From Mesotaenium endlicherianum (lineage: Eukaryota): DNA of 41,312 nucleotides. A program made the position numbers and the translations under genes. The notes under the pieces were generated by a model, which saw only the letters and a list, made by a program, of their open reading frames with translations, was not told the DNA's origin and did no database searches. Location of the stretch: assembly GCA_009602735.1 (NCBI GenBank), contig WELA01000984.1, forward strand, positions 218,357 through 259,668. Direction: 5' to 3'. Below, piece after piece: positions 24,670 to 35,203 of this stretch (its first letter is position 1; each line of letters starts with the position of its first letter).

Positions 24670-27600
24670 TCAATTTTTCCTCTTTCTTGTTCTTGCAGGC
24701 TGCCTCCAAGGGGTCTTCTGCTGCTTCTTGATGGTGGCAGGCTGCCTCCCTGAAGTCCTCGGGCTTCTAGTAGAGAGACTTGGGGCTGGTCCAAGATGGG
24801 GGTTGGCGGCATGGAAGCGCTTCAACTTTCTCTGAACTTTGTCAAGGTAGTGCGCCGCCACCCAACTATCTCCGAAATCTGGATATCCTTTCCACTTGAT
24901 CAAGTATTGCTGCTGTCTCCTGAACTTTCTCATAGCCACTATGTCTTCCACTTCGTACTCCAAATGATCATCCACTATTGTTGGGGCTGGTGGGGTTGTC
25001 ACACGTCCTGGGAACTTGTTGTCGGGTTGCACATATGGCTTGAAGAGGGAAGCGTGGAATACGGGGTCGATGTGCATAGTCTGGGGAAGTTCTAGCTTGA
25101 AAGCAACGGGGTTGACTTGCTGGATAATCTTGAAGGGTCCCAAATACTTGGGAGAGAACTTGCTGCCGGCAGGCCTGTTGTTCAGGGAAATATTCTTGGA
25201 TGATAGTAACACGTTGTCACCCACTCTGTACGTAATTTCTCTTCTGGATCTGTTCGCCACTCTTGCTTGAGCATCTTGCGCGTGTTGTAGAGCTTTCTTC
25301 GCTGCTGTAAGGGCTGCTTCTAATGTCTCCATAAAATCTGTGGCTGCAGGTACTTCCTCAAGGCCAGCCGTGAAGCTCAGCGGCGTAGTTGGATGGAAGC
25401 CATAGTTGAGGAAGAATGGGGACTCTTGGGTAGAGGCTTGCGTTGTGTTGTTGTAGGCAAACTCCAGGGGGGTCAAGTACATGTCCCAATCTTGCTCCAG
25501 AGTAGACACGTAGGCCTTTAGAGAGGTCTTTAGGGTACGATTCATACGCTCGGTTTGCCCATCTGATTGTGGGTGGTAGGCGGTAGACATATCCAGCGAT
25601 GTACCCAAGTTCTTGAAGAGATTTTTCCAGAAATGGCTTGTGAATCTTGGATCTCTATCTGACACAATTCTTGATGGTAGTCCATGGAGTCGGAAGATGT
25701 TGTCAAAGATGAGTCTTGCAAGTTGTGGTGCTGTAGCCTTAGTCGTCGTGGGAATAAAATGAGCCATCTTGGTAAGTCTGTCCACCACCGTGAGTATTGC
25801 ATTATGGCCTCGAGGTGTCACGGGCAAGTCCACGATAAGGTCCATTGAGATGTCCGTCCATTGTCTTTCGGGGATTGGTAGTGGTTGGAGGAGTCCTCCC
25901 GCCTTTTGCGATGATGGCTTGATTCTTTGGCATGTGTCACAGCTCCTGCAGTACTCCTTGACTTGCTTAGACATGCCTGGCCAACAATAAGTCCTGGCTA
26001 GAACGCCCGTGGTCCTTAGGATTCCAAAGTGTCCTCCAAGAGGGTTGTCGTGTGCTTCTCGTAGAAGCAAGAGCCGGAGGTCTAAGTCATTAGGAACACA
26101 TCTCTGGCCCGTATCTTGCCTCACCCAATAATTGCCTTCTTGCTTCTTGCATGGGTCCAAGGCTGCTTCTCCGTTCTTGTAGTAAGGGTCTCTTTCATAG
26201 GCGGCTGAAAATCGAGCTTCCAGATCTGTCTTCAGGGATACCATCACTGCATTTAATTGCAATCTTGAGAGGGGGTCAGCCGGGTTTGTCTTGCCGGGCT
26301 GGTACTGAATCGTGATGTTGTATTGTTGCAAGTATCCGCTCCATCTTGCTTGTCTCCTTGAGAGATACGGCTGCGTCTGGAGGTGCTTTAACGCCTCGTG
26401 GTCCGTGGTGACCAGTACTTTGCGTCCTTCAACGTAGCAGCGCCAAACCTTCAAGGCATGTACAATCGCGCCAATGCCTCTCGCTCCGTGGTTGTATAAT
26501 TTTGCTCGGCTGGATTTAGCTTCCTTGACTCGTAGGCGATGGGCTGCAGTCCCTTGCCTTTGTCTTGAAGCAGGATTTGCTCCTATTGCAAATGAAGATG
26601 CATCGGTGATGACGTGGAAGGGTGTAATGAATCAGTATATTAGTGGATACAATATTCATTTAAATGTAATAGTTATTTAAGTTCAGCCTGCTGAACTTTA
26701 GTTAATAGTCAGTCTGCTGGACTTTACATAATTATCAGTTTGCTGACTCAGTCGAAAGCAGCAGGCTGAAAGTCCATATAAGTCAGCTTGCTGACACATT
26801 CTTTGACAGCAAGCTGACTTCCGTACTCGGTAGCAGCGAACTGCCTTGATATGCATCTAAGTGCGATATGCTAGATGAATAGCCAGATGACATCCCTANG
26901 GAATAGCCAGATNGATATCCCTATGATGGATGGCTATTCGGGATGATGGGAGATGGCGGTGGATTTGGTTAACCGAGGTCCTACCAACGTGGTTAACTCC
27001 CGGGTAGGCGGTGCCATCGCACTGACCGTTGAACAGTAAACTCATTCCATGTACATACGCTAGGCATTGCTCTCGAGTTCGGCATTCGGAAACGAGGCCA
27101 ACTCTCTTGTACAGCTTACTGAGAGAACTCTGAATCCAAGGCGAGAAGCCATTGATACGCACTGTCTTCTAACCTTGCTTATGTATGAGTTTACTGATTT
27201 GCATCATTGATGCTAGTTTACTCGCATTTGACTTACGAGTATTATTCCCTGCTAGTGTATTGTCCTTTGCCGTTTAACTAGTTAACGGAAATACCATAAA
27301 GATTACTTGCTGATATAAAGATCTCCATTAATTGTTAATCACCTATTTGGTAAGTCGATTCATTTCAAAGGGTCAATCTGGGTTTGGACTTGGGAGAGTG
27401 AGCACCGGGGATGTGGTTAATCTTCGCTTTGAAATGCCTCTTCCTCTTTCTCGGTCCATGTATAAAGCCTGTCTGTCTTGAGTAGATCTGTCAGGGGGGC
27501 TGCTATGTGCGAGAAGCTTTGGATGAATCTCCTGTACCAATTGGCAAATCCCAAGAATGACTGGAGTTCTTTCTTGGTCGTGGGGGTTGGCCATTCCTCC

Positions 27601-28508
27601 ACCACCGTGGTCTTCTTGAGGTCCATCTTGATGCCATCAGCAGTCACGTGAAGACCTAAGAACTCCACTTCTTGTTTGGCAAACTCGCATTTTGACTCCT
27701 TCATAAACAGCTTGTTTTGCTTCAATACTTCCAGGACTTCTTTCAAGTGTCTCGCATGCTCTTCAAGGGTCTTGCTGTAGATAAGGATGTCATCGATGAA
27801 TACCACCACGAATCTGTCCAACATGGGCTGAAATATGGTGTTCATCATAGTCATGAAAGTTGCTGCCGCGTTGGTGAGTCCAAATGGCAGGACCACGAAC
27901 TCAAAATGTCCATATCTTGTCTTGAATGCCGTCTTCTCTATGTCCTGTTCTGCGATGCGAATCTGGTGGTAGCCGCTCCGTAAGTCAATCTTCGTGAAGT
28001 ACTTGGCTCCAACCAGCCGGTCCATGAGCTCATCCATGCGCGGCAACGGGTATCGATTCTTGATGGTGATCTTGTTGAGGGCGCGATAGTCCACACACAT
28101 CCTCAAGGTACCATCTTTCTTCTTGACAAATAGCACCGGGGCTCCAAATGGCGACTTGCTAGGTCGAATGAAGCCATGCTCCAGTAGCTCCTTGATTTGC
28201 TTCTTGACTTCGTCTAGCTCCGTGTATGACATTTTGAACGTAGGCCGAGAGATGGGCTTGCTTCCGGGCTCCAACTCTATCTTGTGGTCTACGAATCTTT
28301 TGGGGGGTAGGCCCTTGGGCAATTCCGGGGAGAATACTTTTTTGTAGTCCTCTAAGACTTCTTGTATCTCCTTGGGAACGGGGCTGCCTTCTTGACTCTC
28401 GATGTCTTTCTTGATGTCTTTTGGCGTGATCAAGGCCAACAGAAGCTCGTGTCCCTTCCTCACAAGTCTCTCGAGTTGGAGGGCGGACAATAGTATCTCG
28501 TGTGTCGG
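24670..28508 (-). pseudogene. pol: Disrupted pol (RT-RNaseH-integrase-chromodomain) of the outer element
   Basis: Near-identical to the inner pol but split by the solo LTR at 26623-27367, with a short deletion near 27428 and small indels at 26468-26590; FIDD RT motif, integrase HHCC/DDE, GPF motif. Confidence 0.9.
26623..27367 (+). mobile_element. Solo LTR of a second family (family B, 745 bp) inserted in the outer pol
   Basis: Termini TGTAATGAATC...GATTCATTTCA (10/11 inverted match, TG...CA); 5-bp TSD AAGGG at 26618-26622 and 27368-27372; removing it restores the ...[13 protein letters not shown] region. Strand is inferred. Confidence 0.9.
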
Positions 28509-29009
28509 TGTAGTGATTTGAGTTATTATATATTAGTATGCATATATTTTAATGTTTTCAAATATATTTGGAGTAGTATTGTGTGGAGTCAAGTGTGAAT
28601 AGGTACTCTAGTGACTTGGTTCTTGTCCTTTGAACCTTCCAAGGCATTTTCGAAGTTAGAGGAAAGACCTAGAAGAATTCCATGTGGCAAAAGTCAGATG
28701 TGCCATTTTTAGGTCAAAAGGACATGTGTACATTATTCTAGAAAGAGGTGGCAAGTTTTGGGATGTGTTGGGTGCCAACACATCAACATACACCTTCCTA
28801 GAAGTTACTTATTTAGCAAGTATATAAACAAGAGCTAGAACATAAAGCCATTTCAGAATCACTCTTGTACTTGCCAAAATCCAGAAATATATTAACTTTC
28901 AAGAAGCCACCTCTCTTTCAAGAAGTTACCACTTGTGTTCAAAGATCCTTGTCTTGAATAGATAAAGTATTATATTTCACCAAGTACTTTATCTATCTAT
29001 TTCACTACA
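28509..29009 (+). repeat. 5' LTR of the inner element
   Basis: TGTAGTGA...TCACTACA; TATA-like TATATAAA near 28821. Confidence 0.96.
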
Positions 29010-29010
29010 G

Positions 29011-29022
29011 TGGTATCAGAGC
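29011..29022 (+). promoter_or_regulatory. Primer binding site complementary to the 3' end of initiator tRNA-Met
   Basis: TGGTATCAGAGC one base after the LTR end; the canonical plant iMet PBS. Confidence 0.93.
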
Positions 29023-29046
29023 TAGGCACTTTGGTAGCACAAGAAG

Positions 29047-30327
29047 ATGGCCGATCCTCAAGACCAACAGCAAGCTTTCGAAGGAAGCCCTTCCTCTCCA
29101 AGACACCCTCCTCCAGCGCCGATGGGAGAGCCCACTCAAGAAAATCTGCAACAACAAGAAGCACCACAAGGAGGAGCACACCCTCCTCCAGCGTCGATGG
29201 GAGAGCCTACTCAAGGAAATCTGCAACAACAAGAAGCACCACAAGGAGGAGCACCGTCAAATCCCGTGGCAGCCGCTATAGCAAAGTTGACCCCACCACA
29301 AGGAGTTCCCGCAAATGAGTGGGCAGCCTTCCTAATGACCGTCCACAACCAAGTGGGCTTGGCCACCTATGAAGCAACCGTGCAAGCGTCAAGAGAAGCT
29401 ATGGCTGCCATGGTTGCCCCTATTGCGAGCAATGCTCAAAATCCAGCCCCGGCTCAAGCGCCTCCACAAGAGCCAACGAGAGCAAGGAAACTCATCAAGC
29501 CCGGCAAACCCGACACTTTCAACCCCGGGAAAGGTGCCAACCTGAATTTATGGCTCTACCAAGTGGAGACGTACCTCGCGTTCCTTGAAGTACCCGAGGA
29601 GGACTACGTTCCCTTTGCCGTTACCTTACTTAGAGGAGCAGCAACATCATGGTGGCGTAACTATCAAGCGGCTATATATCAAGCTATGGCGCACCCCATG
29701 CTCGGCCAAGAGCCCCCACCATCATATGCAAGATGGGCAGATTTTCGTGAGGCCCTCAAGAAGCAATTCATGCCCATCAATGCGGAGAAGATTGCCCGAG
29801 GAAAGCTCCACCATCTCAAGCAAACGACGTCCGTTCAAGAGTATACATCCAGATTTCACGCCCTCACTCTTGAGATCCCCAACATGTCTCTCGAGGAGAA
29901 GATTGACCGTTACATCTTTGGCCTCAAACCCAAGGTGGCAAAGGAAGTGGAGTTACGCGACTTGACGGACTTCTCAAAGATCATTGAAGTGGCCCAAAAG
30001 GTGGATACCTTGGATTTCAAGCACTCCGTGCCTTCATCTTCACGGGTACCGACGACGCGGGTGTACGCAGCCCCTTCCACATCCGAATCTGGACCCACAC
30101 CCATGGAAATCGGAGTTATTAAAAGGGACCCCGCGGCTGCCCGGAAGAGTGGAAGACCCTCCAATGACACTTATGATGCAAGAAACCAGCAAGGAGTGAA
30201 AGCAAGACTCTCCCCGGCTGAAAAAGAAGCTCTCATGACGGCTGGACTATGCTTCTATTGCAAGGAAAAGGGCCATCGTGCACTTTCATGCCCCAAAAAG
30301 TTGTCAAAAAACGGACAGCGCCGGTAG
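29047..30327 (+). CDS. gag: Gag (retrotransposon capsid plus CCHC zinc knuckle), 426 aa
   Basis: KPDTF...[34 protein letters not shown] and [14 protein letters not shown] motifs. Confidence 0.95.
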   Translation: MADPQDQQQAFEGSPSSPRHPPPAPMGEPTQENLQQQEAPQGGAHPPPASMGEPTQGNLQQQEAPQGGAPSNPVAAAIAKLTPPQGVPANEWAAFLMTVHNQVGLATYEATVQASREAMAAMVAPIASNAQNPAPAQAPPQEPTRARKLIKPGKPDTFNPGKGANLNLWLYQVETYLAFLEVPEEDYVPFAVTLLRGAATSWWRNYQAAIYQAMAHPMLGQEPPPSYARWADFREALKKQFMPINAEKIARGKLHHLKQTTSVQEYTSRFHALTLEIPNMSLEEKIDRYIFGLKPKVAKEVELRDLTDFSKIIEVAQKVDTLDFKHSVPSSSRVPTTRVYAAPSTSESGPTPMEIGVIKRDPAAARKSGRPSNDTYDARNQQGVKARLSPAEKEALMTAGLCFYCKEKGHRALSCPKKLSKNGQRR

Positions 30328-33300
30328 GCCAGGAGCCTACCACCCCAAGACCCACTTCACGAGAAGGCAACACGCCAAGTGAGGTGGAGACCCCCGTTGA
30401 AGACGACGTTCCAGCCCCAATGAGTTTGAGAGGTTACCTTGGAGGAGAGAAGGTCCACATCTTGGTGGATAGCGGAGCTCAAGGCAACTTCATTGCTGCA
30501 GATTTTGCCACCAAGCACGGTATTACTATGCGAACTCTTGACCACGACGAGGAGATTATGATGCCCGATGGATTCTCCTATACTACCCCTTCCAAGAAGA
30601 CGTACCCCTTGGCACTCTCTATCAAGTCCTTCAAGGATAGAGTAGTGTTCTCCCCCATGCAATTGGGCAAGTACGACGTCATCCTAGGGACGCCTTGGTT
30701 GACCAAGCACAACCCCCAAGTTGATTGGAGGACCGGTACTATCAAGATCAAGAATGACATCACTTCAAGAATCTGTATTTTGCGCGCAATCCAGAATATC
30801 CAGACCCAAGACATCCAGAAGCCGGCACACGAGATACTATTGTCCGCCCTCCAACTCAAGAGACTTGTGAGGAAGGGACACGAGCTTCTTTTGGCCTTGA
30901 TCACGCCAAAAGACATCAAGAAAGACATCGAGAGTCAAGAAGGCAGCCCCGTTCCCAAGGAGATACAAGAAGTCTTTGAGGACTACAAAGAAGTGTTCTC
31001 CCCGGAATTGCCCAAGGGCCTACCCCCCAAAAGATTCGTAGACCACAAGATAGAGTTGGAGCCCGGAAGCAAGCCCATCTCTCGGCCTACGTTCAAAATG
31101 TCATACACGGAGCTAGACGAAGTCAAGAAGCAAATCAAGGAGCTACTGGAGCATGGCTTCATTCGACCTAGCAAGTCGCCATTTGGAGCCCCGGTGCTAT
31201 TTGTCAAGAAGAAAGATGGTACCTTGAGGATGTGTGTGGACTATCGCGCCCTCAACAAGATCACCATCAAGAATCGATACCCGCTGCCGCGCATGGATGA
31301 GCTCATGGACCGGCTGGTTGGAGCCAAGTACTTCACGAAGATTGACTTACGGAGCGGCTACCACCAGATTCGCATCGCAGAACCGGACATAGAGAAGACG
31401 GCATTCAGGACAAGATATGGACATTTTGAGTTCATGGTCCTGCCATTTGGACTCACCAACGCGCCAGCAACTTTCATGACTATGATGAACACCATATTTC
31501 AGCCCATGTTGGACAGATTTGTGGTGGTATTCATCGATGACATCCTTATCTACAGCAAGACCCTTGAAGAGCATGCGAGACACTTGAAAGAAGTCCTTGA
31601 AGTATTGAAGCAAAACAAGCTGTTTGCGAAGGAGTCAAAATGCGAGTTTGCCAAACAAGAAGTGGAGTTCCTAGGTCTCCACGTGACTGCTGATGGCATC
31701 AAGATAGACCCCAAGAAGACCACGGTGGTGGAGGAATGGCCAACCCCCACGACCAAGAAAGAACTCCAGTCATTCTTGGGATTTGCCAATTGGTACAGAA
31801 AATTCATCCAAGGCTTCTCGCACATAGCAGCCCCCCTGACAGATCTACTCAAGAAGGACAGGCTATATACATGGACCGAGAAAGAGGAAGAGGCATTTCA
31901 AGAGTTAAAGCGAAGATTGACCACATCCCCGGTGCTCACACTCCCAAGTCCAAACCCAGATTGGCCCTTCCACGTCATCACCGATGCATCTTCCTATGCA
32001 ATAGGAGCAATCCTGCTTCAAGACCAAGGCAAGGGACTGCAGCCCATCGCCTACGAGTCAAGGAAGCTAAATCCAGCCGAGCAAAATTATACAACCACGG
32101 AGCGAGAGGCATTGGCGATTGTACATGCCTTGAAGGTTTGGCGCTGCTACGTTGAAGGACGCAAAGTACTGGTCACCACGGACCACGAGGCGTTAAAGCA
32201 CCTCCAGACGCAGCCGTATCTCTCAAGGAGACAAGCAAGATGGAGCGGATACTTGCAACAATACAACATCACGATTCAGTACCAGCCCGGCAAGACAAAC
32301 CCGGCTGACCCCCTCTCAAGACTGCAATTAAATGCAGTGATGGTATCCCTGAAGACAGATCTGGAAGCTCGATTTTCAGCCGCCTATGAAAGAGACCCTT
32401 ACTACAAGAACGGAGAAGCAGCCTTGGACCCATGCAAGAAGCAAGAAGGCAATTATTGGGTGAGGCAAGATACGGGCCAGAGATGTGTTCCTAATGACTT
32501 AGACCTCCGGCTCTTGCTTCTACGAGAAGCACACGACAACCCTCTTGGAGGACACTTTGGAATCCTAAGGACCACGGGCGTTCTAGCTAGGACTTATTGT
32601 TGGCCAGGCATGTCTAAGCAAGTCAAGGAGTACTGCAGGAGCTGTGACACATGCCAAAGAATCAAGCCATCATCGCAAAAGGCGGGAGGACTCCTCCAAC
32701 CACTACCAATCCCCGAAAGACAATGGACGGACATCTCAATGGACCTTATCGTGGACTTGCCCGTGACACCTCGAGGCCATAATGCAATACTCACGGTGGT
32801 GGACAGACTTACCAAGATGGCTCATTTTATTCCCACGACGACTAAGGCTACAGCACCACAACTTGCAAGACTCATCTTTGACAACATCTTCCGACTCCAT
32901 GGACTACCATCAAGAATTGTGTCAGATAGAGATCCAAGATTCACAAGCCATTTCTGGAAAAATCTCTTCAAGAACTTGGGTACATCGCTGGATATGTCTA
33001 CTGCCTACCACCCACAATCAGATGGGCAAACCGAGCGTATGAATCGTACCCTAAAGACCTCTCTAAAGGCCTACGTGTCTACCCTCGAGCAAGACTGGGA
33101 CATGTACTTGACCCCCCTCGAGTTTGCCTACAACAACACTACGCAGGCCTCTACCCAAGAGTCCCCATTCTTCCTCAACTATGGCTTCCATCCGACCACG
33201 CCACTGAGCTTCACGGCTGGCCATGATGAAGTACCTGCAGCCACAGATTTTATGGAGACATTAGAAGCAGCCCTTACAGCAGCGAAGAAAGCTCTACAAC

Positions 33301-33914
33301 ACGCGCAAGATGCTCAAGCAAGAGTGGCGAACAGATCCAGAAGAGAAATTACGTACAGAGTGGGTGACAACGTGTTACTATCATCCAAGAACATTTCCCT
33401 GAACAACAGGCCTGCCGGCAGCAAGTTCTCTCCCAAGTATTTGGGACCCTTCAAGATTATCCAGCAAGTCAACCCCGTTGCTTTCAAGCTAGAACTTCCC
33501 CAGACTATGCACATCGACCCCGTATTCCACGCTTCCCTCTTCAAGCCATATGTGCAACCCGACAACAAGTTCCCAGGACGTGTGACAACCCCACCAGCCC
33601 CAACAATAGTGGATGATCATTTGGAGTACGAAGTGGAAGACATAGTGGCTATGAGAAATTTCAGGAGACAGCAGCAATACTTGATCAAGTGGAAAGGATA
33701 TCCAGATTCGGAGAATAGTTGGGTGGCGGCGCACTACCTTGACAAAGTTCAACGAAAGTTGAAGCGCTTCCATACCGCCAACCCCCATCTTGGACCAGCC
33801 CCAAGTCTCTCTACTAGAAGCCCGGAGACTTCAGGGAGGCAGCCTGCCACCATCAAGAAGCAGCAGAAGACCCCTTGGAGGCAGCCTGCAAGAACCACAA
33901 AGAGGAAAAAATGA
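30249..33914 (+). CDS. pol: Pol polyprotein (aspartic protease, RT, RNase H, integrase, chromodomain), -1 frame relative to gag
   Basis: LVDSGA protease; [29 protein letters not shown] and FIDD RT motifs; TDAS RNase H; H-x6-H...C-x2-C, MDL, SDRD and GQTER integrase motifs; YLGPF; YEVEDIV...YLIKWKGY...NSW chromodomain. True entry is probably through a frameshift at 30306-30312. Confidence 0.96.
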   Translation: MLLLQGKGPSCTFMPQKVVKKRTAPVGQEPTTPRPTSREGNTPSEVETPVEDDVPAPMSLRGYLGGEKVHILVDSGAQGNFIAADFATKHGITMRTLDHDEEIMMPDGFSYTTPSKKTYPLALSIKSFKDRVVFSPMQLGKYDVILGTPWLTKHNPQVDWRTGTIKIKNDITSRICILRAIQNIQTQDIQKPAHEILLSALQLKRLVRKGHELLLALITPKDIKKDIESQEGSPVPKEIQEVFEDYKEVFSPELPKGLPPKRFVDHKIELEPGSKPISRPTFKMSYTELDEVKKQIKELLEHGFIRPSKSPFGAPVLFVKKKDGTLRMCVDYRALNKITIKNRYPLPRMDELMDRLVGAKYFTKIDLRSGYHQIRIAEPDIEKTAFRTRYGHFEFMVLPFGLTNAPATFMTMMNTIFQPMLDRFVVVFIDDILIYSKTLEEHARHLKEVLEVLKQNKLFAKESKCEFAKQEVEFLGLHVTADGIKIDPKKTTVVEEWPTPTTKKELQSFLGFANWYRKFIQGFSHIAAPLTDLLKKDRLYTWTEKEEEAFQELKRRLTTSPVLTLPSPNPDWPFHVITDASSYAIGAILLQDQGKGLQPIAYESRKLNPAEQNYTTTEREALAIVHALKVWRCYVEGRKVLVTTDHEALKHLQTQPYLSRRQARWSGYLQQYNITIQYQPGKTNPADPLSRLQLNAVMVSLKTDLEARFSAAYERDPYYKNGEAALDPCKKQEGNYWVRQDTGQRCVPNDLDLRLLLLREAHDNPLGGHFGILRTTGVLARTYCWPGMSKQVKEYCRSCDTCQRIKPSSQKAGGLLQPLPIPERQWTDISMDLIVDLPVTPRGHNAILTVVDRLTKMAHFIPTTTKATAPQLARLIFDNIFRLHGLPSRIVSDRDPRFTSHFWKNLFKNLGTSLDMSTAYHPQSDGQTERMNRTLKTSLKAYVSTLEQDWDMYLTPLEFAYNNTTQASTQESPFFLNYGFHPTTPLSFTAGHDEVPAATDFMETLEAALTAAKKALQHAQDAQARVANRSRREITYRVGDNVLLSSKNISLNNRPAGSKFSPKYLGPFKIIQQVNPVAFKLELPQTMHIDPVFHASLFKPYVQPDNKFPGRVTTPPAPTIVDDHLEYEVEDIVAMRNFRRQQQYLIKWKGYPDSENSWVAAHYLDKVQRKLKRFHTANPHLGPAPSLSTRSPETSGRQPATIKKQQKTPWRQPARTTKRKK
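30306..30341 (+). promoter_or_regulatory. Candidate -1 programmed ribosomal frameshift signal
   Basis: A-AAA-AAC heptamer in the gag frame (30306-30312), then a 7-bp hairpin GGTAGGC-CAGGA-GCCTACC (30323-30341) that contains the gag stop codon. Confidence 0.8.
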
Positions 33915-34516
33915 CATTAGACACTTTTCTCTTCTTGCAGTTTCTGGACAGAAAACTAAGACTACTACTGGTGATAGGTCTCTTCATAATAAATTCTGAA
34001 AACTTACTTGGCTGTAGTTCATGAGTAGCCGGTCATTTAGGGTCCAAGTTTGCTCAATTTGGAGCATTGGTGAGAGAGATATGATGCTCTAAGTAGAAGG
34101 GGGTCAGGCTGCTGGCATTGTTAGGGCAGAATATGCCTTCTGACATAGTGCCCTCCCCTGAACTTGGAATGCTTTGAAACTCAAGATTCTGGTAGAACAT
34201 CTTACAGCGCCCAGTTTGAGACTTAGTTTGCAGACTTTGGAGAAGTATAGAATGACTTATGATTTTCAGAAGTTTCTGCACAGATTTGGAGGAGTGCCTA
34301 CTCTCTCAGCTCTCAACGACAGTCCAGAAATGAGAATGCTCTCAAATTTGGTGACCCGGTAGAGTTCTCCGACGCGGTCCGTCTGGCACTCGAATTTTCA
34401 GATTTGGAGCAGTTCTGTGGCCGCTATGAATTTTTGAGTTTGTGGCAGATTCTGGGCCAACTTGTACAATTTTCTTTATCATTAAGGAGTAGGCTAGCCA
34501 ATAAGGTCACACCACC

Positions 34517-34645
34517 TACGACCTTGCCTAGTCTACCTTACATGTGTAGCACCTGACTTGGCGCCTTTGACTAGTCCTCTTCACATGTGTGGCATCTGAC
34601 TTGAAACTGTTGACTACTTTGCTCCACATGTGTAAGACCTGACTT
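34517..34645 (+). repeat. Three degenerate 43-bp tandem repeats in the element 3' UTR (mirror copy at 23939-24067)
   Basis: In the outer copy, units AAGTCAGG..ACACATGT..ACTAGTCAA start at 23939, 23982 and 24025. Confidence 0.8.
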
Positions 34646-34683
34646 GACGCGCCGAGACGTCGCTTTTTCTGTCGGGAAGGTGA

Positions 34684-35203
34684 TGTAGTGATTTGAGTTA
34701 TTATATATTAGTATGCATATATTTTAATGTTTTCAAATATATTTGGAGTAGTATTGTGTGGAGTCAAGTGTGAATAGGTACTCTAGTAACTTGGTTCATG
34801 TCCTTTGAACCTTCCAAGGCATTTTCGAAGTTAGAGGAAAGACCTAGAAGAACTCCATGTGGCAAAAGTCAAATGTGCCATTTTTAGGTCAAAAGGACAT
34901 GTGTACATTATTCTAGAAAGAGGTGGCAAGTTTTGGGATGTGTTGGGTGCCAACACATCAACATACACCTTCCTAGAAATTACTTATGTAGCAAGTATAT
35001 AAACAAGAGCTAGAACATAGAAAGCCATTTCACAATCACTCTTGTACTTGCCAAAATCCAGAAATATATTAACTTTCAAGAAGCCATCTCTCTTTCAAGA
35101 AGCTACCACTTGTGTTCAAAGATTCTTGTCTTGAATAGATAAANGTCTTGAATAGATAAAGTATTATATTTCACCAAGTACTTTATCTATCTATTTCACT
35201 ACA
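34684..35203 (+). repeat. 3' LTR of the inner element
   Basis: Direct repeat of 28509-29009; the 16-bp duplication beside the N at 35144 is probably an assembly artefact. Confidence 0.96.

Larger units (their letters stand above)
28509..35203 (+). mobile_element. Intact full-length Ty3/gypsy chromovirus LTR retrotransposon (family A, about 6.7 kb)
   Basis: LTRs 28509-29009 and 34684-35203, TSD GTCGG (28504-28508 and 35204-35208), PBS 29011-29022, PPT 34674-34683, open gag and pol with domain order PR-RT-RH-IN-chromodomain. Confidence 0.97.

Noticed and set aside
26623..27367. Retrozyme (hammerhead-containing LTR) interpretation
   Set aside because: No CTGAnGA...GAAA core was found on either strand.
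34054..34362. Short ORFs in the element 3' region present in both copies (possible env-like or antisense gene)
   Set aside because: They are only 62-75 aa with no motifs, and their sharing is explained by the near identity of the two copies.
35128..35160. 16-bp tandem duplication in the inner 3' LTR
   Set aside because: It is centred on an N and absent from the other two LTR copies, so it is likely an assembly artefact.
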